Under the pieces are notes generated by a model. It worked only from the letters and a program-made list of their open reading frames with translations, was not told the origin of the DNA and made no database searches. Source: Acidimicrobiales bacterium (GTDB lineage Bacteria; Actinomycetota; Acidimicrobiia; Acidimicrobiales; Aldehydirespiratoraceae). From it: DNA of 64,000 nt. Shown here piece by piece: positions 46,090 to 55,586 of this stretch. The translations under genes and the position numbers were made by a program. Numbering within the stretch: the stretch's first letter is position 1; every line of letters begins with the position of its first letter. The DNA lies in contig JAKZTU010000010.1 of NCBI GenBank assembly GCA_047516945.1, positions 5,782-69,781 on the forward strand. The letters run 5' to 3'.

Positions 46090-48129
46090 ATGGTTCTCCG
46101 TCGGCGTCGTCGCCGCAATCGTCGCAAGCCACCGCACTTCCGCTACTCGGCATGGGACGGCACACAAAGCGGGGTCGATGTTGACGCGGATCGCCTCTTT
46201 GACGAGTTGGCTGACGACTTGCTGTATCACGGCGATGTCAACAGTGCACTGCGCCGGATCATGCAGGGCGGAATGACGGATCGCGACGGACGCCACATGA
46301 AAGGAATTCGCGAGATGCTTGATCGTCTCCGCGAACGGCGCCGTGAAATCCTTGATCAGCACGACCTCGGTGGCGTCTTCGATGAGATTTCCGACGCGCT
46401 CAACGATGTGGTCGACACCGAGCGCAGAGCTTTGCAAGACATGGTTGACAACGCCAGCGAGTCGGGTGACGAAAGGCGTTCAGAGCTCGCCAGCGACTCG
46501 GCAACGATGAAAAACATGGAGCTTGACATGCTTCCGCCGGACCTCGCGGGCAAAGTCAAAGGCCTCCAGAGCTATGAGTTCGAAAGCCGGCAGGCGCAGC
46601 AACAATTTGAGGAACTCATGGACCTGTTGCGTGAACAACTCATGCAACAACAACTTGATCAGATGGCCGAGGGTGTCAACGACAGGACCCCTGAGGACAT
46701 GGCTCGCTTAAAGGACATGTTGGCCGAACTCAACCACATGCTCGAACAGCGGGCCAATGGCGAGGTTCCTGACTTCGATGGCTTCATGGAGCGCTACGGC
46801 GATTTCTTCCCGGAAAATCCGAGAACGCTCGACGAGTTGCTCGAAGTGATGGCACAGCGGATGGCCCAGGCTCAGCAGATGTTGAATTCGATGACGCCCG
46901 AGCAGCGAGCGCAGCTTCAGGCACTAAGCGATCAGCTGATGGAGGACATGGATCTGCGCTGGCAGATGGACCAGCTCGCTGGCAACCTCCGTGAGCAATT
47001 CCCGCAAATGGGATGGAGCCAGTCTTACGACTTTGAGGGCCACGACCCGCTCGATATGTCTTCAGCGATGGACATGATGGGTGAACTCGGCGACATCGAT
47101 CAGCTCGACAATCTCTTGCGGGGAGCCAACAATCCTGGAGCTTTGGCCGAGGTCGATATCGACCGTGCTCGAGACCTACTCGGCGATGAATCAGCAGAGA
47201 GCCTCGAAAGGCTGGCGGAGTTGGCCCGAATGTTGGAAGAGGCTGGTCTCATCGAAAATTCTGAGGGTCGCTACGAACTCACCCCTCGCGCCATACGCAA
47301 GATCGGCAACGGTGCCCTCGAAGAGATTTTCAAGCGCATGTCGGACGACATGATGGGTCAACATTCGCTGTCAGAGGCGGGCTTGGGTCACGAACGAGAG
47401 TACGAAACGAAGCCTTATGAATACGGCGACGCCCTCAATCTCGATATACCGCAGACGCTACGCAACGCCATTTCTCGCACTGGTGGCGGTGTCCCGGTTC
47501 GCCTTCACCCCGACGACTTTGAGATCGAACGGACCGAACAGCAGGTCCGATCAGCAACGGTGTTGATGCTTGATGTGTCGATGTCAATGGCGATGCGGGA
47601 CAATTTCTTGCCGGCCAAGAAGGTGACCATGGCACTGCACTCGTTGATCTCGGCTCAGTACCCTCGTGATTTTCTTGGCATGGTGTCTTTCTCGGAGGTG
47701 GCCCGAGAGTTCAATGCCACCACCTTGCCGCAGCTGTCGTGGGACTACGTGTACGGCACCAACATGCAGCACAGCTTTCAGCTGGCGCGCAAGATGCTGG
47801 CGCGACAGACGGGGACCAAGCAGATCATCATGATCACCGATGGCGAGCCGACGGCACACATCACCAAGTCCGGTCAGCCGTACTTCAATTATCCGCCGTC
47901 ACGTACCACGGTCGATTTGACGCTTGCTGAAGTGGTGAAGTGCACCCGCGAGGACATCCGTATCAATACCTTCGTGCTGGATGTCACTCCGTATTTGCGG
48001 GGTTTCGTATCTGAGATTTCTCGGTTGAACGGTGGCCGCGCCTTCTTTACGACCAACCAAGATCTTGGCAACTACGTGCTTCACGATTTCGTCGATAATC
48101 GACGCAGCATCGTCCGCTCAAGACGCTGA
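46090..48129 (+). CDS. von Willebrand factor type A (VWA) domain protein with long coiled/acidic N-terminal region
   Basis: C-terminal VWA with MIDAS 'LDVSMSM' (DxSxS) and 'IIMITDGEPT'. N-terminal 'FRYSAWDGTQ'. Confidence 0.75.
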   Translation: MVLRRRRRRNRRKPPHFRYSAWDGTQSGVDVDADRLFDELADDLLYHGDVNSALRRIMQGGMTDRDGRHMKGIREMLDRLRERRREILDQHDLGGVFDEISDALNDVVDTERRALQDMVDNASESGDERRSELASDSATMKNMELDMLPPDLAGKVKGLQSYEFESRQAQQQFEELMDLLREQLMQQQLDQMAEGVNDRTPEDMARLKDMLAELNHMLEQRANGEVPDFDGFMERYGDFFPENPRTLDELLEVMAQRMAQAQQMLNSMTPEQRAQLQALSDQLMEDMDLRWQMDQLAGNLREQFPQMGWSQSYDFEGHDPLDMSSAMDMMGELGDIDQLDNLLRGANNPGALAEVDIDRARDLLGDESAESLERLAELARMLEEAGLIENSEGRYELTPRAIRKIGNGALEEIFKRMSDDMMGQHSLSEAGLGHEREYETKPYEYGDALNLDIPQTLRNAISRTGGGVPVRLHPDDFEIERTEQQVRSATVLMLDVSMSMAMRDNFLPAKKVTMALHSLISAQYPRDFLGMVSFSEVAREFNATTLPQLSWDYVYGTNMQHSFQLARKMLARQTGTKQIIMITDGEPTAHITKSGQPYFNYPPSRTTVDLTLAEVVKCTREDIRINTFVLDVTPYLRGFVSEISRLNGGRAFFTTNQDLGNYVLHDFVDNRRSIVRSRR

Positions 48130-48305
48130 ACGGCTGTTGTCAGCGCCTGTGATGGGGCTAGACCCCTGATTTCTCGCGCGAATCGAAGAAATTCGACTGG
48201 AAATGTCGCACGCGGGCTTTACAATTCGAAATCACAGTGTTGTAATTCCATTAGTGCGACTAGCGGACTGAATCTAACACAAGTTTATGCGCCACGGAGG
48301 GACCC

Positions 48306-48584
48306 ATGGCCGTTATCGAGATAGAAGGTGAAGAGATGGTCTGGCAGAACTATGCCAACTGTCTTGGAGTCGACCCCGACCTGTTCTTCCCTGAGCGCGG
48401 CGCCTCAACACGCGAGGCCAAAGAGGTGTGCCGTGGTTGTGTGGTGCAAGACGAATGCCTCGAATTCGCGCTCAGCAATGGCGAGAAATTCGGTATCTGG
48501 GGCGGTAGGAGCGAACGTGAACGTCGCAGAGTACGTCGCCAGCGAGCGCTGGCACGCGCCGCCGCCGCTGCCGGCCAGGCTTAG
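48306..48584 (+). CDS. WhiB-family transcriptional regulator
   Basis: 'ANCLGVDPDLFFPE', 'CRGCVVQDECLEFAL', 'GIWGGRSERERRR'. Confidence 0.88.
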   Translation: MAVIEIEGEEMVWQNYANCLGVDPDLFFPERGASTREAKEVCRGCVVQDECLEFALSNGEKFGIWGGRSERERRRVRRQRALARAAAAAGQA

Positions 48585-48586
48585 TT

Positions 48587-48655
48587 CAGACACGCTGGCC
48601 AGCTTGGAACAGACACGCTGGCCAGCTTCGAACTGACAAAATTGGCCAGGCTCGG
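48587..48655. repeat. 23-nt tandem repeat (2 good copies plus 1 degenerate), each carrying the palindrome GCTGGCCAGC
   Basis: cagacacgctggccagcttggaa (48587-48609), cagacacgctggccagcttcgaa (48610-48632), ctgacaaaattggccaggctcgg (48633-48655). It lies between the whiB stop and the tatA start. Confidence 0.9.
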
Positions 48656-48688
48656 GCGTATCCAAGCAGTCTCAGCTAAGCTGACCTT

Positions 48689-48871
48689 ATGTACGGTTTG
48701 ATTTCCCCCCCGTCCGCTTCTGAGTTGATCATCGTTCTCGTCATCGTCTTGATCGTGTTTGGTGGGGCCAAACTCCCGAAGCTGGCCCGCTCGCTTGGCC
48801 AAGCACAAAAAGAGTTCAAGTCAGGGTTGACAGAGGGCGCAGACGACGAGGAGTCCACTTCCTCGAAGTGA
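48689..48871 (+). CDS. tatA: twin-arginine translocase subunit TatA/E
   Basis: 60 aa, 'ELIIVLVIVLIVFGGAKLPKLARSLGQAQKEFK'. Confidence 0.9.
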   Translation: MYGLISPPSASELIIVLVIVLIVFGGAKLPKLARSLGQAQKEFKSGLTEGADDEESTSSK

Positions 48872-48934
48872 TCGCGCGTAAAGCGGTCCTCTTGCTCCGA
48901 TAAACTTAAGCCGCGCCGATTTGCGCGCACTGCT

Positions 48935-49255
48935 GTGAAAACAGCACGTATCGAAGTTGTAGGAGCTGTGATGACCGATACCGCAGAAGCCGAATATGAC
49001 GAGTCGCCAGTAGGCCAAGCGATGATCGTCTACCTCGGACCCACCGCTCCACACTGGGACATCCGCCCAGTATTCGGAGAACGCGAGATGATGGACGGTT
49101 TCCGTGACCGAGTGAACGCCCGGTTGCTGCTGCTTCCGCCGCACGATCCGCAGTTCCGACGAAATCGCGAACGAGTCAACCGTGACGGAGAACGCGAGCG
49201 CATCGTCGTTGAATGGGATCTTGGTTACCCGGAAGACGATGTGGTGAGGGCGTGA
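48935..49255 (+). CDS. hypothetical protein
   Basis: 106-aa ORF in coding-like composition between tatA and the ROK kinase. No family recognised. Confidence 0.4.
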   Translation: MKTARIEVVGAVMTDTAEAEYDESPVGQAMIVYLGPTAPHWDIRPVFGEREMMDGFRDRVNARLLLLPPHDPQFRRNRERVNRDGERERIVVEWDLGYPEDDVVRA

Positions 49256-49284
49256 GCCCACCGCAAGGTTCGGGGGAGCGGTAG

Positions 49285-50235
49285 ATGGCGTCGATCGGCA
49301 TTGATCTCGGAGGTACCAAGATCTTGGCGGTGCTCGCCAACAATGGCGAGGTACTCGACAAACACAAGCTACCCACGCCGAGTACCCAGGGGCCTAAGGC
49401 CATTCTCGATGCGATGATCGTTGCTGCTCGCGAAGTCGATCCCGATGGCATCGCTTCGGGGATAGGTGTAGGGGTACCCGGTCCGGTGGTACCGGGTAGC
49501 GGGGTGCTTCCGCTCGCCTGCAATCTCTTTGACTGGACTTCCCCTGTTGATGTCGCTGGCGAACTGTCCGCTCGATTCGACCAACGACCGGTTTTGGTCG
49601 ATAACGATTGCAACGTGGCGACACTCGCCGAACACCAGTTGGGGGCGGGCCGAGGTGTAGACAACCTTGTCGGCGTGTTCATGGGCACCGGGGTTGGAGC
49701 GGGGCTGATTCTCGACGGACGGTTGCGTCGAGGACCGCGTGGAATAGCAGGCGAAATCGGCCACACGTTCGTCGATTTCTTGGCGAAGGAGAACCGGGCA
49801 AAAGCAGACAATGAGTACTTAGGGGAGCTTGAGGACTATGCCGGACGCTCAGCACTTGAGCGCCGCGCCCGAACTCTTCATGCGCAAGGTGAGTCGTCGG
49901 CTCTGATTGCGCTTGCCGGTGAGGGTCCCATGAAATCCAAACTTTGGAAACGCGCCCTTGACGAAGGCGATCAACTGGCGTTTCGTCTAATCGACCAAGC
50001 CGCCGAAGCACTGTCTGCAGCGCTTGCTTCAGTCATTAACTTGATCGATATTGAGATGGTCGTACTCGGTGGTGGGATGGCCGAGAGACTTGGGTCGACG
50101 TTCCGAAATGATGTTGCCGCAAGGCTTGGGACCCGTGTCTTCGCCGGGAGCGTGGCGCCGATCCGGGCTGCGTCCACTGGTGACTCCAGTGGAGCGTTGG
50201 GCGCGGCCCTACTCGTTGAGGAGGGTCGGATGTGA
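49285..50235 (+). CDS. ROK-family sugar kinase (glucokinase / polyphosphate glucokinase-like)
   Basis: 'IGIDLGGTK', 'VDNDCNVATLAEH', 'GEIGH'. A 4-nt overlap leads into ppk. Confidence 0.75.
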   Translation: MASIGIDLGGTKILAVLANNGEVLDKHKLPTPSTQGPKAILDAMIVAAREVDPDGIASGIGVGVPGPVVPGSGVLPLACNLFDWTSPVDVAGELSARFDQRPVLVDNDCNVATLAEHQLGAGRGVDNLVGVFMGTGVGAGLILDGRLRRGPRGIAGEIGHTFVDFLAKENRAKADNEYLGELEDYAGRSALERRARTLHAQGESSALIALAGEGPMKSKLWKRALDEGDQLAFRLIDQAAEALSAALASVINLIDIEMVVLGGGMAERLGSTFRNDVAARLGTRVFAGSVAPIRAASTGDSSGALGAALLVEEGRM

Positions 50236-52313
50236 GTGTTCGGGTTGGTGGCTGGGACGTTAACGACACCGCTGTGCTGAACCGCGAGCTGAGTTGGCTG
50301 GCGTTCAACGGCAGGGTCCTAGAACTTGCCGCCGACTTGAAAGTTCCGCTCCTGGAGCGGGTTCGCTACTTGTCGATTTATGCCAGCAACCTCGACGAGT
50401 TTTTTCAAGTGCGGGTGTCTGGGCTTCATGATCAGATCGCCGCGGGTATCTCCACAGTAGGTCCCGACGGCCGTACTCCTCGCAAGCAAATTGAAGACAT
50501 CCGCTTGGTGGTGCTTGAACTTGGTGCACGTCAGGAAAAGATCTTTGCCACTCAGATTCTGCCCGCTCTCAACGAGATGAACATCGAACTGCTTGAGTTC
50601 GATGATCTGACTAGCGACGAGCGAGACATGATCGCCGAGAGGTTTCGCAGCCGTATCTTCCCGATACTTACGCCGTTGGCGGTTGATCCCGGTCACCCAT
50701 TCCCTTACATCTCGGATCTGTCGCTCAATCTTGCTGTTGTTGTCCGCAACCCAGCGGATCGTGAGAAACGTTTCGCGCGTGTCAAAGTCCCAAACACTCT
50801 CGAGCGGTGGATTTCGCTTGACCAAGGCCTTCGCTTTGTTTCGCTTGAATCGGTCCTCGCCGCGCACCTCGACCAGTTGTTCCCCGGAATGGACATTGTT
50901 GAATCGGCGCCGTTTCGTGTCACCCGCAACGCCGACTTGACTCTCGGAGAAGAAGCCGAAGACCTGCTCGCGGCAGTTGAGATCGAGTTGCGGCGCCGCC
51001 GCTTCGGACGCGCTGTTCGCCTTGAAGTTGCGTCATCGATGTCGCAGCAAACCCTGGAACTGTTGATCCGGGAGCTTGATCTCGAACCGGTTGATGTCTA
51101 CTCGAGTTCAGTTCCTTTGGACGCGACGTCGCTGAACGCCGTGGCCGACATCGACCTTGGGCGCCAGAAGTGGGAGCATTGGCGCGGGATCACCGAGCCA
51201 GGACTCAAGTCTGAGAACGAGCCGAGCAACTTGTTTGATGTGCTGGCCCTTCGAGATGTCCTGCTCCACCATCCGTATTCGTCGTTCAGCAGATCGGTTG
51301 TCCAGTTTGTTCGTCAAGCCAGCCGTGACAAATCGGTCCTCGCCATCAAACTCACGCTCTATCGCACATCCGGCGATAGCCCGATCATCGATGCCTTGAT
51401 TGATGCGGCCGAGCGCGGCAAACAGGTGGCGGTGTTGGTCGAAGTCAAAGCGAGATTCGACGAAGAGGCCAACATCGGTTGGGCTCGGCGACTCGAACAA
51501 GCGGGAGTGCACGTGGCCTACGGCATCGTCGGTCTCAAGATTCACTCCAAGATCGTCATGGTGGTGCGCGAAGAGGCTGACGGGATCCGTCGCTACTGCC
51601 ACATCGGCACCGGCAACTACAACCATCGCACAGCTCGTCTCTACGAAGACATCGGGCTGCTGACGGCCGATCCTGTAGTGGGAGATGACCTAGCTGATCT
51701 GTTCAATTACCTCACCGGCTACAGCCGAGCTCGCGACTATGAGCGAATTCTGGTCGCGCCCGAAATGTTACGCTCACGCCTCTACGAGTTGATCGACGCT
51801 GAAATCGCCAGTGGCCAAGGCCGGATGATTCTCAAGATGAACAGCCTTGTCGACACCGAGATGGTCGAAAAGCTCTACGAAGCTTCCAGCGCTGGAGTTG
51901 AAATTGATTTGATTGTGCGGGGCGTTTGCTGTTTGCGTCCGGGTCTGGCGGGCTTGTCGGAGAACATTCGGGCCCGCTCGATTGTGGGTCGCTATCTGGA
52001 GAATTCGCGGATCTTTCACTTCGCTAATGGTGGAGGTGCGAATGGCGGTGGCAAGGGGCAGAGCAGCCGTACCTACATCGGCAGCGCCGATCTCATGCGT
52101 CGGAACCTTGATCGACGGGTCGAAGTGCTCCTCGAAATGGGCAATCCGGATCTAGAGAATCGGCTCATTGAGGTGCTGGACGCGAACCTAGCGGATGATT
52201 GTCTGTCGTGGACTCTTGATGGGTCCGGTGTCTGGACACGCCAGAACGGTACTGTCGGTGTTGATGTCCACGAAACGCTCCAAGAGCTTGCGAGGGTCCG
52301 GGCCCGTGGGTGA
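50232..52313 (+). CDS. ppk: polyphosphate kinase 1
   Basis: 'NRELSWLAFNGRVLE', 'LDEFFQVRV', two PLD-like modules ('KIHSKIVMV', 'LENSRIFHF'). Confidence 0.92.
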   Translation: MSVRVGGWDVNDTAVLNRELSWLAFNGRVLELAADLKVPLLERVRYLSIYASNLDEFFQVRVSGLHDQIAAGISTVGPDGRTPRKQIEDIRLVVLELGARQEKIFATQILPALNEMNIELLEFDDLTSDERDMIAERFRSRIFPILTPLAVDPGHPFPYISDLSLNLAVVVRNPADREKRFARVKVPNTLERWISLDQGLRFVSLESVLAAHLDQLFPGMDIVESAPFRVTRNADLTLGEEAEDLLAAVEIELRRRRFGRAVRLEVASSMSQQTLELLIRELDLEPVDVYSSSVPLDATSLNAVADIDLGRQKWEHWRGITEPGLKSENEPSNLFDVLALRDVLLHHPYSSFSRSVVQFVRQASRDKSVLAIKLTLYRTSGDSPIIDALIDAAERGKQVAVLVEVKARFDEEANIGWARRLEQAGVHVAYGIVGLKIHSKIVMVVREEADGIRRYCHIGTGNYNHRTARLYEDIGLLTADPVVGDDLADLFNYLTGYSRARDYERILVAPEMLRSRLYELIDAEIASGQGRMILKMNSLVDTEMVEKLYEASSAGVEIDLIVRGVCCLRPGLAGLSENIRARSIVGRYLENSRIFHFANGGGANGGGKGQSSRTYIGSADLMRRNLDRRVEVLLEMGNPDLENRLIEVLDANLADDCLSWTLDGSGVWTRQNGTVGVDVHETLQELARVRARG

Positions 52314-52761
52314 TCTCTACGACCGGCTTTCGCGCAAGTTCCCCAAAATCGAGGTATGGGCCGCTGGAGGTGTGGTGCTTCGCGATCACCGTGGCATCAC
52401 AGAGGTTCTGTTGATCCATCGGCCCGTTCACTGCGACTGGTCGTTCCCCAAGGGCAAACTTGACCCGGGTGAAACTTTGGGCGAGGCCGCCTGGCGCGAA
52501 GTGCACGAGGAGACTGGATTTAAGTGTAAGCGCCTTGAGCGCTTGCCGCTGATTCGTTATCGAGACAGTCGTGGCCGTCGCAAAGCAGTCGTGTATTGGA
52601 CCATGCAGGTACTCGACGGGCAATTCGAGCCGAATTCTGAGGTGGATGCCATGGGTTGGTTCGATTTGGTGTCAGCACGGCGGGTTTTGACATACGAACA
52701 CGATGTTTTGTTGCTTGATTCCGTGACAGGGGTCGTTCCTTCGCTCAGAATGCTTGCGTGA
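52306..52761 (+). CDS. NUDIX hydrolase (MutT1-like position after ppk)
   Basis: Nudix box 'GKLDPGETLGEAAWREVHEETG'. GTG 52306 overlaps the ppk end, whereas the track start 52195 lies deep inside ppk. Confidence 0.8.
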   Translation: MGDLYDRLSRKFPKIEVWAAGGVVLRDHRGITEVLLIHRPVHCDWSFPKGKLDPGETLGEAAWREVHEETGFKCKRLERLPLIRYRDSRGRRKAVVYWTMQVLDGQFEPNSEVDAMGWFDLVSARRVLTYEHDVLLLDSVTGVVPSLRMLA

Positions 52762-54332
52762 ACACTGACGACAAGCGACCGTTTGCTCCCTTTGAGTCAA
52801 GGTCGCGCGAGTCGAGGTCGCGCGGTGCTGAAAAAGCGATTGTCACACCGTTCATGCGGTTGGCGCGTTTGCATGCGATGAGCGCCGCTGCTGACGGGGC
52901 TATCGCGGCTGCTCTAGCAGGTTCAATCTTCTTCGCTATCAGTCCAGAAGAGTCACGGGGACGGGTGGCGTTGGCGTTGTTGTTGACGATGGCTCCGTTT
53001 GCTGTAGTTACGCCGCTGATCGGTCCAGCCATCGACCGCATACATGGCGGTCGTCGCATGATGATCATTGTCACGACGATAGGTCGGGCGTTGCTCGCAC
53101 TGTTGATGATCCAGCATGTCGGCACGCTGCTGTTGTTTCCAGAGATTTTTGGCGTCCTTGTGCTGCAGAAGAGTTATTCGGTTGCCAAGAGTGCAGTTGT
53201 TCCCCGTTTGGTGACCTCTGATGAAGATCTGGTTGGAGCCAACAGTCGATTAGCGCTGATCAGCGCAATATCGGGTCCGATCGGTGCGGGTTTAGCAGGA
53301 CTCTTCAGCATTGTTGGTGGCCCGGCTGCATCTGCAGCGGTGGGTCTCGTGGGTTTTGTGCTGGCCACGTCGCTGGCCCTGGCAATCCCGTCGATTGTCG
53401 TTGCCGCGGTCCCGCCTGAGCAGTTGGAACGGGCGGAACTCAGGGACAGAAAGATCCTTCTAGCTGCGACTTCGATGATGATCGTTAGAGGCATTGTCGG
53501 GTTTGTGATGATGCTGCTGATGTTCGAATTGAGGGGTGGCAAGGATGGTCTTGATGTGAGCACAGAAGGCGCCGCGTTGGGTGGTGCCACGGCGACGGTG
53601 CGAGACATTGACATAACCGGCGATCCCCGAGCGCCCGTGTGGCATTTCGGGATTGTGGGGTTGTTTGCTGTGGTTGGGACTCTCGGTGGCGTGCGTTTCG
53701 CTCCAACGTTGCGTCGGCGTTTGACTGAAGAACAAATCCTGCTTGGGGCGATTACTGTGCTTGTGGCTGGAGCGGGTTTTGCTGCGCTATCCGGGGGCCT
53801 GTTTGGCACGGTCATCTTTGCGTGCACGGTCACGGCTGCGACTGGCGCCGGAAAGCTTGCTTTTGATGCGTTGGTCCAACGGGACGCGCCGGTCGCCAAC
53901 TATGGGCGTTCCTTTGCTCGATTTGAAGCGCGCTTTCAGCTTGCGTTCGCGACAGGGGCCATGGTGCCGGTGGTCATTCGGTTGAGCGTTCCTGTTGGAG
54001 CGGGTTTGGTTGGTGCGGTAGGCGGAGTTGCCTTGCTGGTCTATGTGTTCGGCAATCCCGGACGCTTGTTCAAACTTCGACGGGCCTCAACAAACAAGCG
54101 TCCATCCGGTGACCGGACAGCCGGGCGAGCTGACAGTGACGTGGAGTTTGACGAGGAGATCCGTGCATCTCAACCAGCGCCTCCAGCAGGGACAAGCGAC
54201 TATTCCAGACCGAAGACATGGGACGAGAGCACGCCATATGTTTCGTCGATAGATGGTGTCGAAGTTGATCCAATCCCGTCCGACGGTTCGCCCAGTGAGC
54301 AAAACGAACTAGACGACACGCCGCCCCGTTAG
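52758..54332 (+). CDS. polytopic membrane protein, MFS-transporter-like, with hydrophilic C-terminal tail
   Basis: About 12 hydrophobic segments and a 4-nt overlap with the NUDIX stop. The family call is tentative. Confidence 0.5.
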   Translation: MNTDDKRPFAPFESRSRESRSRGAEKAIVTPFMRLARLHAMSAAADGAIAAALAGSIFFAISPEESRGRVALALLLTMAPFAVVTPLIGPAIDRIHGGRRMMIIVTTIGRALLALLMIQHVGTLLLFPEIFGVLVLQKSYSVAKSAVVPRLVTSDEDLVGANSRLALISAISGPIGAGLAGLFSIVGGPAASAAVGLVGFVLATSLALAIPSIVVAAVPPEQLERAELRDRKILLAATSMMIVRGIVGFVMMLLMFELRGGKDGLDVSTEGAALGGATATVRDIDITGDPRAPVWHFGIVGLFAVVGTLGGVRFAPTLRRRLTEEQILLGAITVLVAGAGFAALSGGLFGTVIFACTVTAATGAGKLAFDALVQRDAPVANYGRSFARFEARFQLAFATGAMVPVVIRLSVPVGAGLVGAVGGVALLVYVFGNPGRLFKLRRASTNKRPSGDRTAGRADSDVEFDEEIRASQPAPPAGTSDYSRPKTWDESTPYVSSIDGVEVDPIPSDGSPSEQNELDDTPPR

Positions 54333-54346
54333 CCCAACAGGGTTCG

Positions 54347-55531
54347 TTAGCTGGACGGCAGATCGATCCTGGCCAACCACAATCCCGGCGCATCAACTTC
54401 CGATGGCGTGGGGAGATGGGTGGGGTCGTCGAAGAGACGGTTGAGTCCGGTAGTCCCGGCCCGCTCAATGACGCCCTCGACGAATGCTGTGCCGCGATCG
54501 TATTGGTTCTGATCAAGTTCCAAGCCGAGGATGCGCTCAACTAGCCGGTCAGAAGCATCGGCTTGAGTCCTGCGTCGGCGGAGTGCTTCGGTGACCATGT
54601 CGTAAGACCCGATGATGCTCCCCCCAGTCTGATCCATCACATAGTCGACGTATCCGGTGATGGCCGCGACCAGCGCGGTGATCTCAGGTTCGAGCGCCGC
54701 TTGCGCTGGGGAACGGACCGCACCGAAAATCATCTCGGGATCGCTGAGCGTCTTGTTCAACTCTGCGAAAGCCTCTGGACCTGCGCTCAGGTCGAAGCTG
54801 CCGAGGCGGTCGTTCAGTACCTCGGGATTGCGCTCAAAAGCACTGGCATGGCGTTGCAGCAAGTCACTCAAGCGCTCGTTCACATGGGGAACTCCTAGCA
54901 CAGCCCGGTGAGCTGTCTCGTGGAGGCACACCCAGAGCCGGAGATCGTCGGGGTCGAGAGACCATTCCTGCCCGAATCGGTCAACGTTTGGAAGCAGAAT
55001 CAGTAACGGAGCGTTCGTTGGGCGCGGGAGCGGTAGGTGAAAACCTCCGAAAGCAATCCGCGCCAGTTCACCAACCATCGAACCGGTCGTCATAGTAAGC
55101 AACATCGATTCGAGCATCTGAGAAAGTCCTGCCATCATCTGGCGCATCGGGTCGTTTTCAGAGAGGTCGTCGGGTGTTGGCAAGCCTGTCGATATCGATG
55201 AGGCGATTGCTCCTAGCAATGGTCGATAGTGCTCGATCGTGCTGTCGACCCACTGCGTGCGGTTGACAACGTCTACTCTCAAGGCTGCGCCGCGAGCCAC
55301 CACTAGTTGTGTCTCCGACTGGACCTGCAACTCAGCTACGCGCACCAACTCCTCGATCGTGATCCGCTCGCGGGGATCGATATTGGGTTCGGATTCTCCA
55401 CCGGTGGCGATTGAGCGGGCGAGATCACGCGCTGAGTTGGGTGAAGAGCCGCTTGCACCGGACAGCATCTTCATGATCTCACCAAGAAACGCGCCGAGCG
55501 ATTCGCCGTCAGGTGGCAGATCGTCGCTCAT
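54347..55531 (-). CDS. zinc-dependent metalloprotease of the DUF2342 type
   Basis: HExxH 'CLHETAHRAV'. ATG 55531 (MSDDLPPDG..). Position equivalent to Rv3195 near PDZ-Lon and UPF0182. Confidence 0.7.
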   Translation of the reverse strand: MSDDLPPDGESLGAFLGEIMKMLSGASGSSPNSARDLARSIATGGESEPNIDPRERITIEELVRVAELQVQSETQLVVARGAALRVDVVNRTQWVDSTIEHYRPLLGAIASSISTGLPTPDDLSENDPMRQMMAGLSQMLESMLLTMTTGSMVGELARIAFGGFHLPLPRPTNAPLLILLPNVDRFGQEWSLDPDDLRLWVCLHETAHRAVLGVPHVNERLSDLLQRHASAFERNPEVLNDRLGSFDLSAGPEAFAELNKTLSDPEMIFGAVRSPAQAALEPEITALVAAITGYVDYVMDQTGGSIIGSYDMVTEALRRRRTQADASDRLVERILGLELDQNQYDRGTAFVEGVIERAGTTGLNRLFDDPTHLPTPSEVDAPGLWLARIDLPSS

Positions 55532-55586
55532 GCGGGCATCGTAGATGCGTGACGGTGTCGATCCTCCCTTATTGGTGTGGCTGCTG

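Noticed and set aside
48148-48163. CRP-like site TGTGAtggggcTAGAC upstream of the second whiB gene.
   Set aside because: Only the left half-site matches TGTGA-n6-TCACA, and the right half has 3 of 5 matches. That is too weak to call without a scoring matrix.
26790-48655. Whether any of the short tandem repeats constitutes a CRISPR array.
   Set aside because: The units are directly adjacent with no spacers, there are only 2-3 copies, and no cas genes are in the window.
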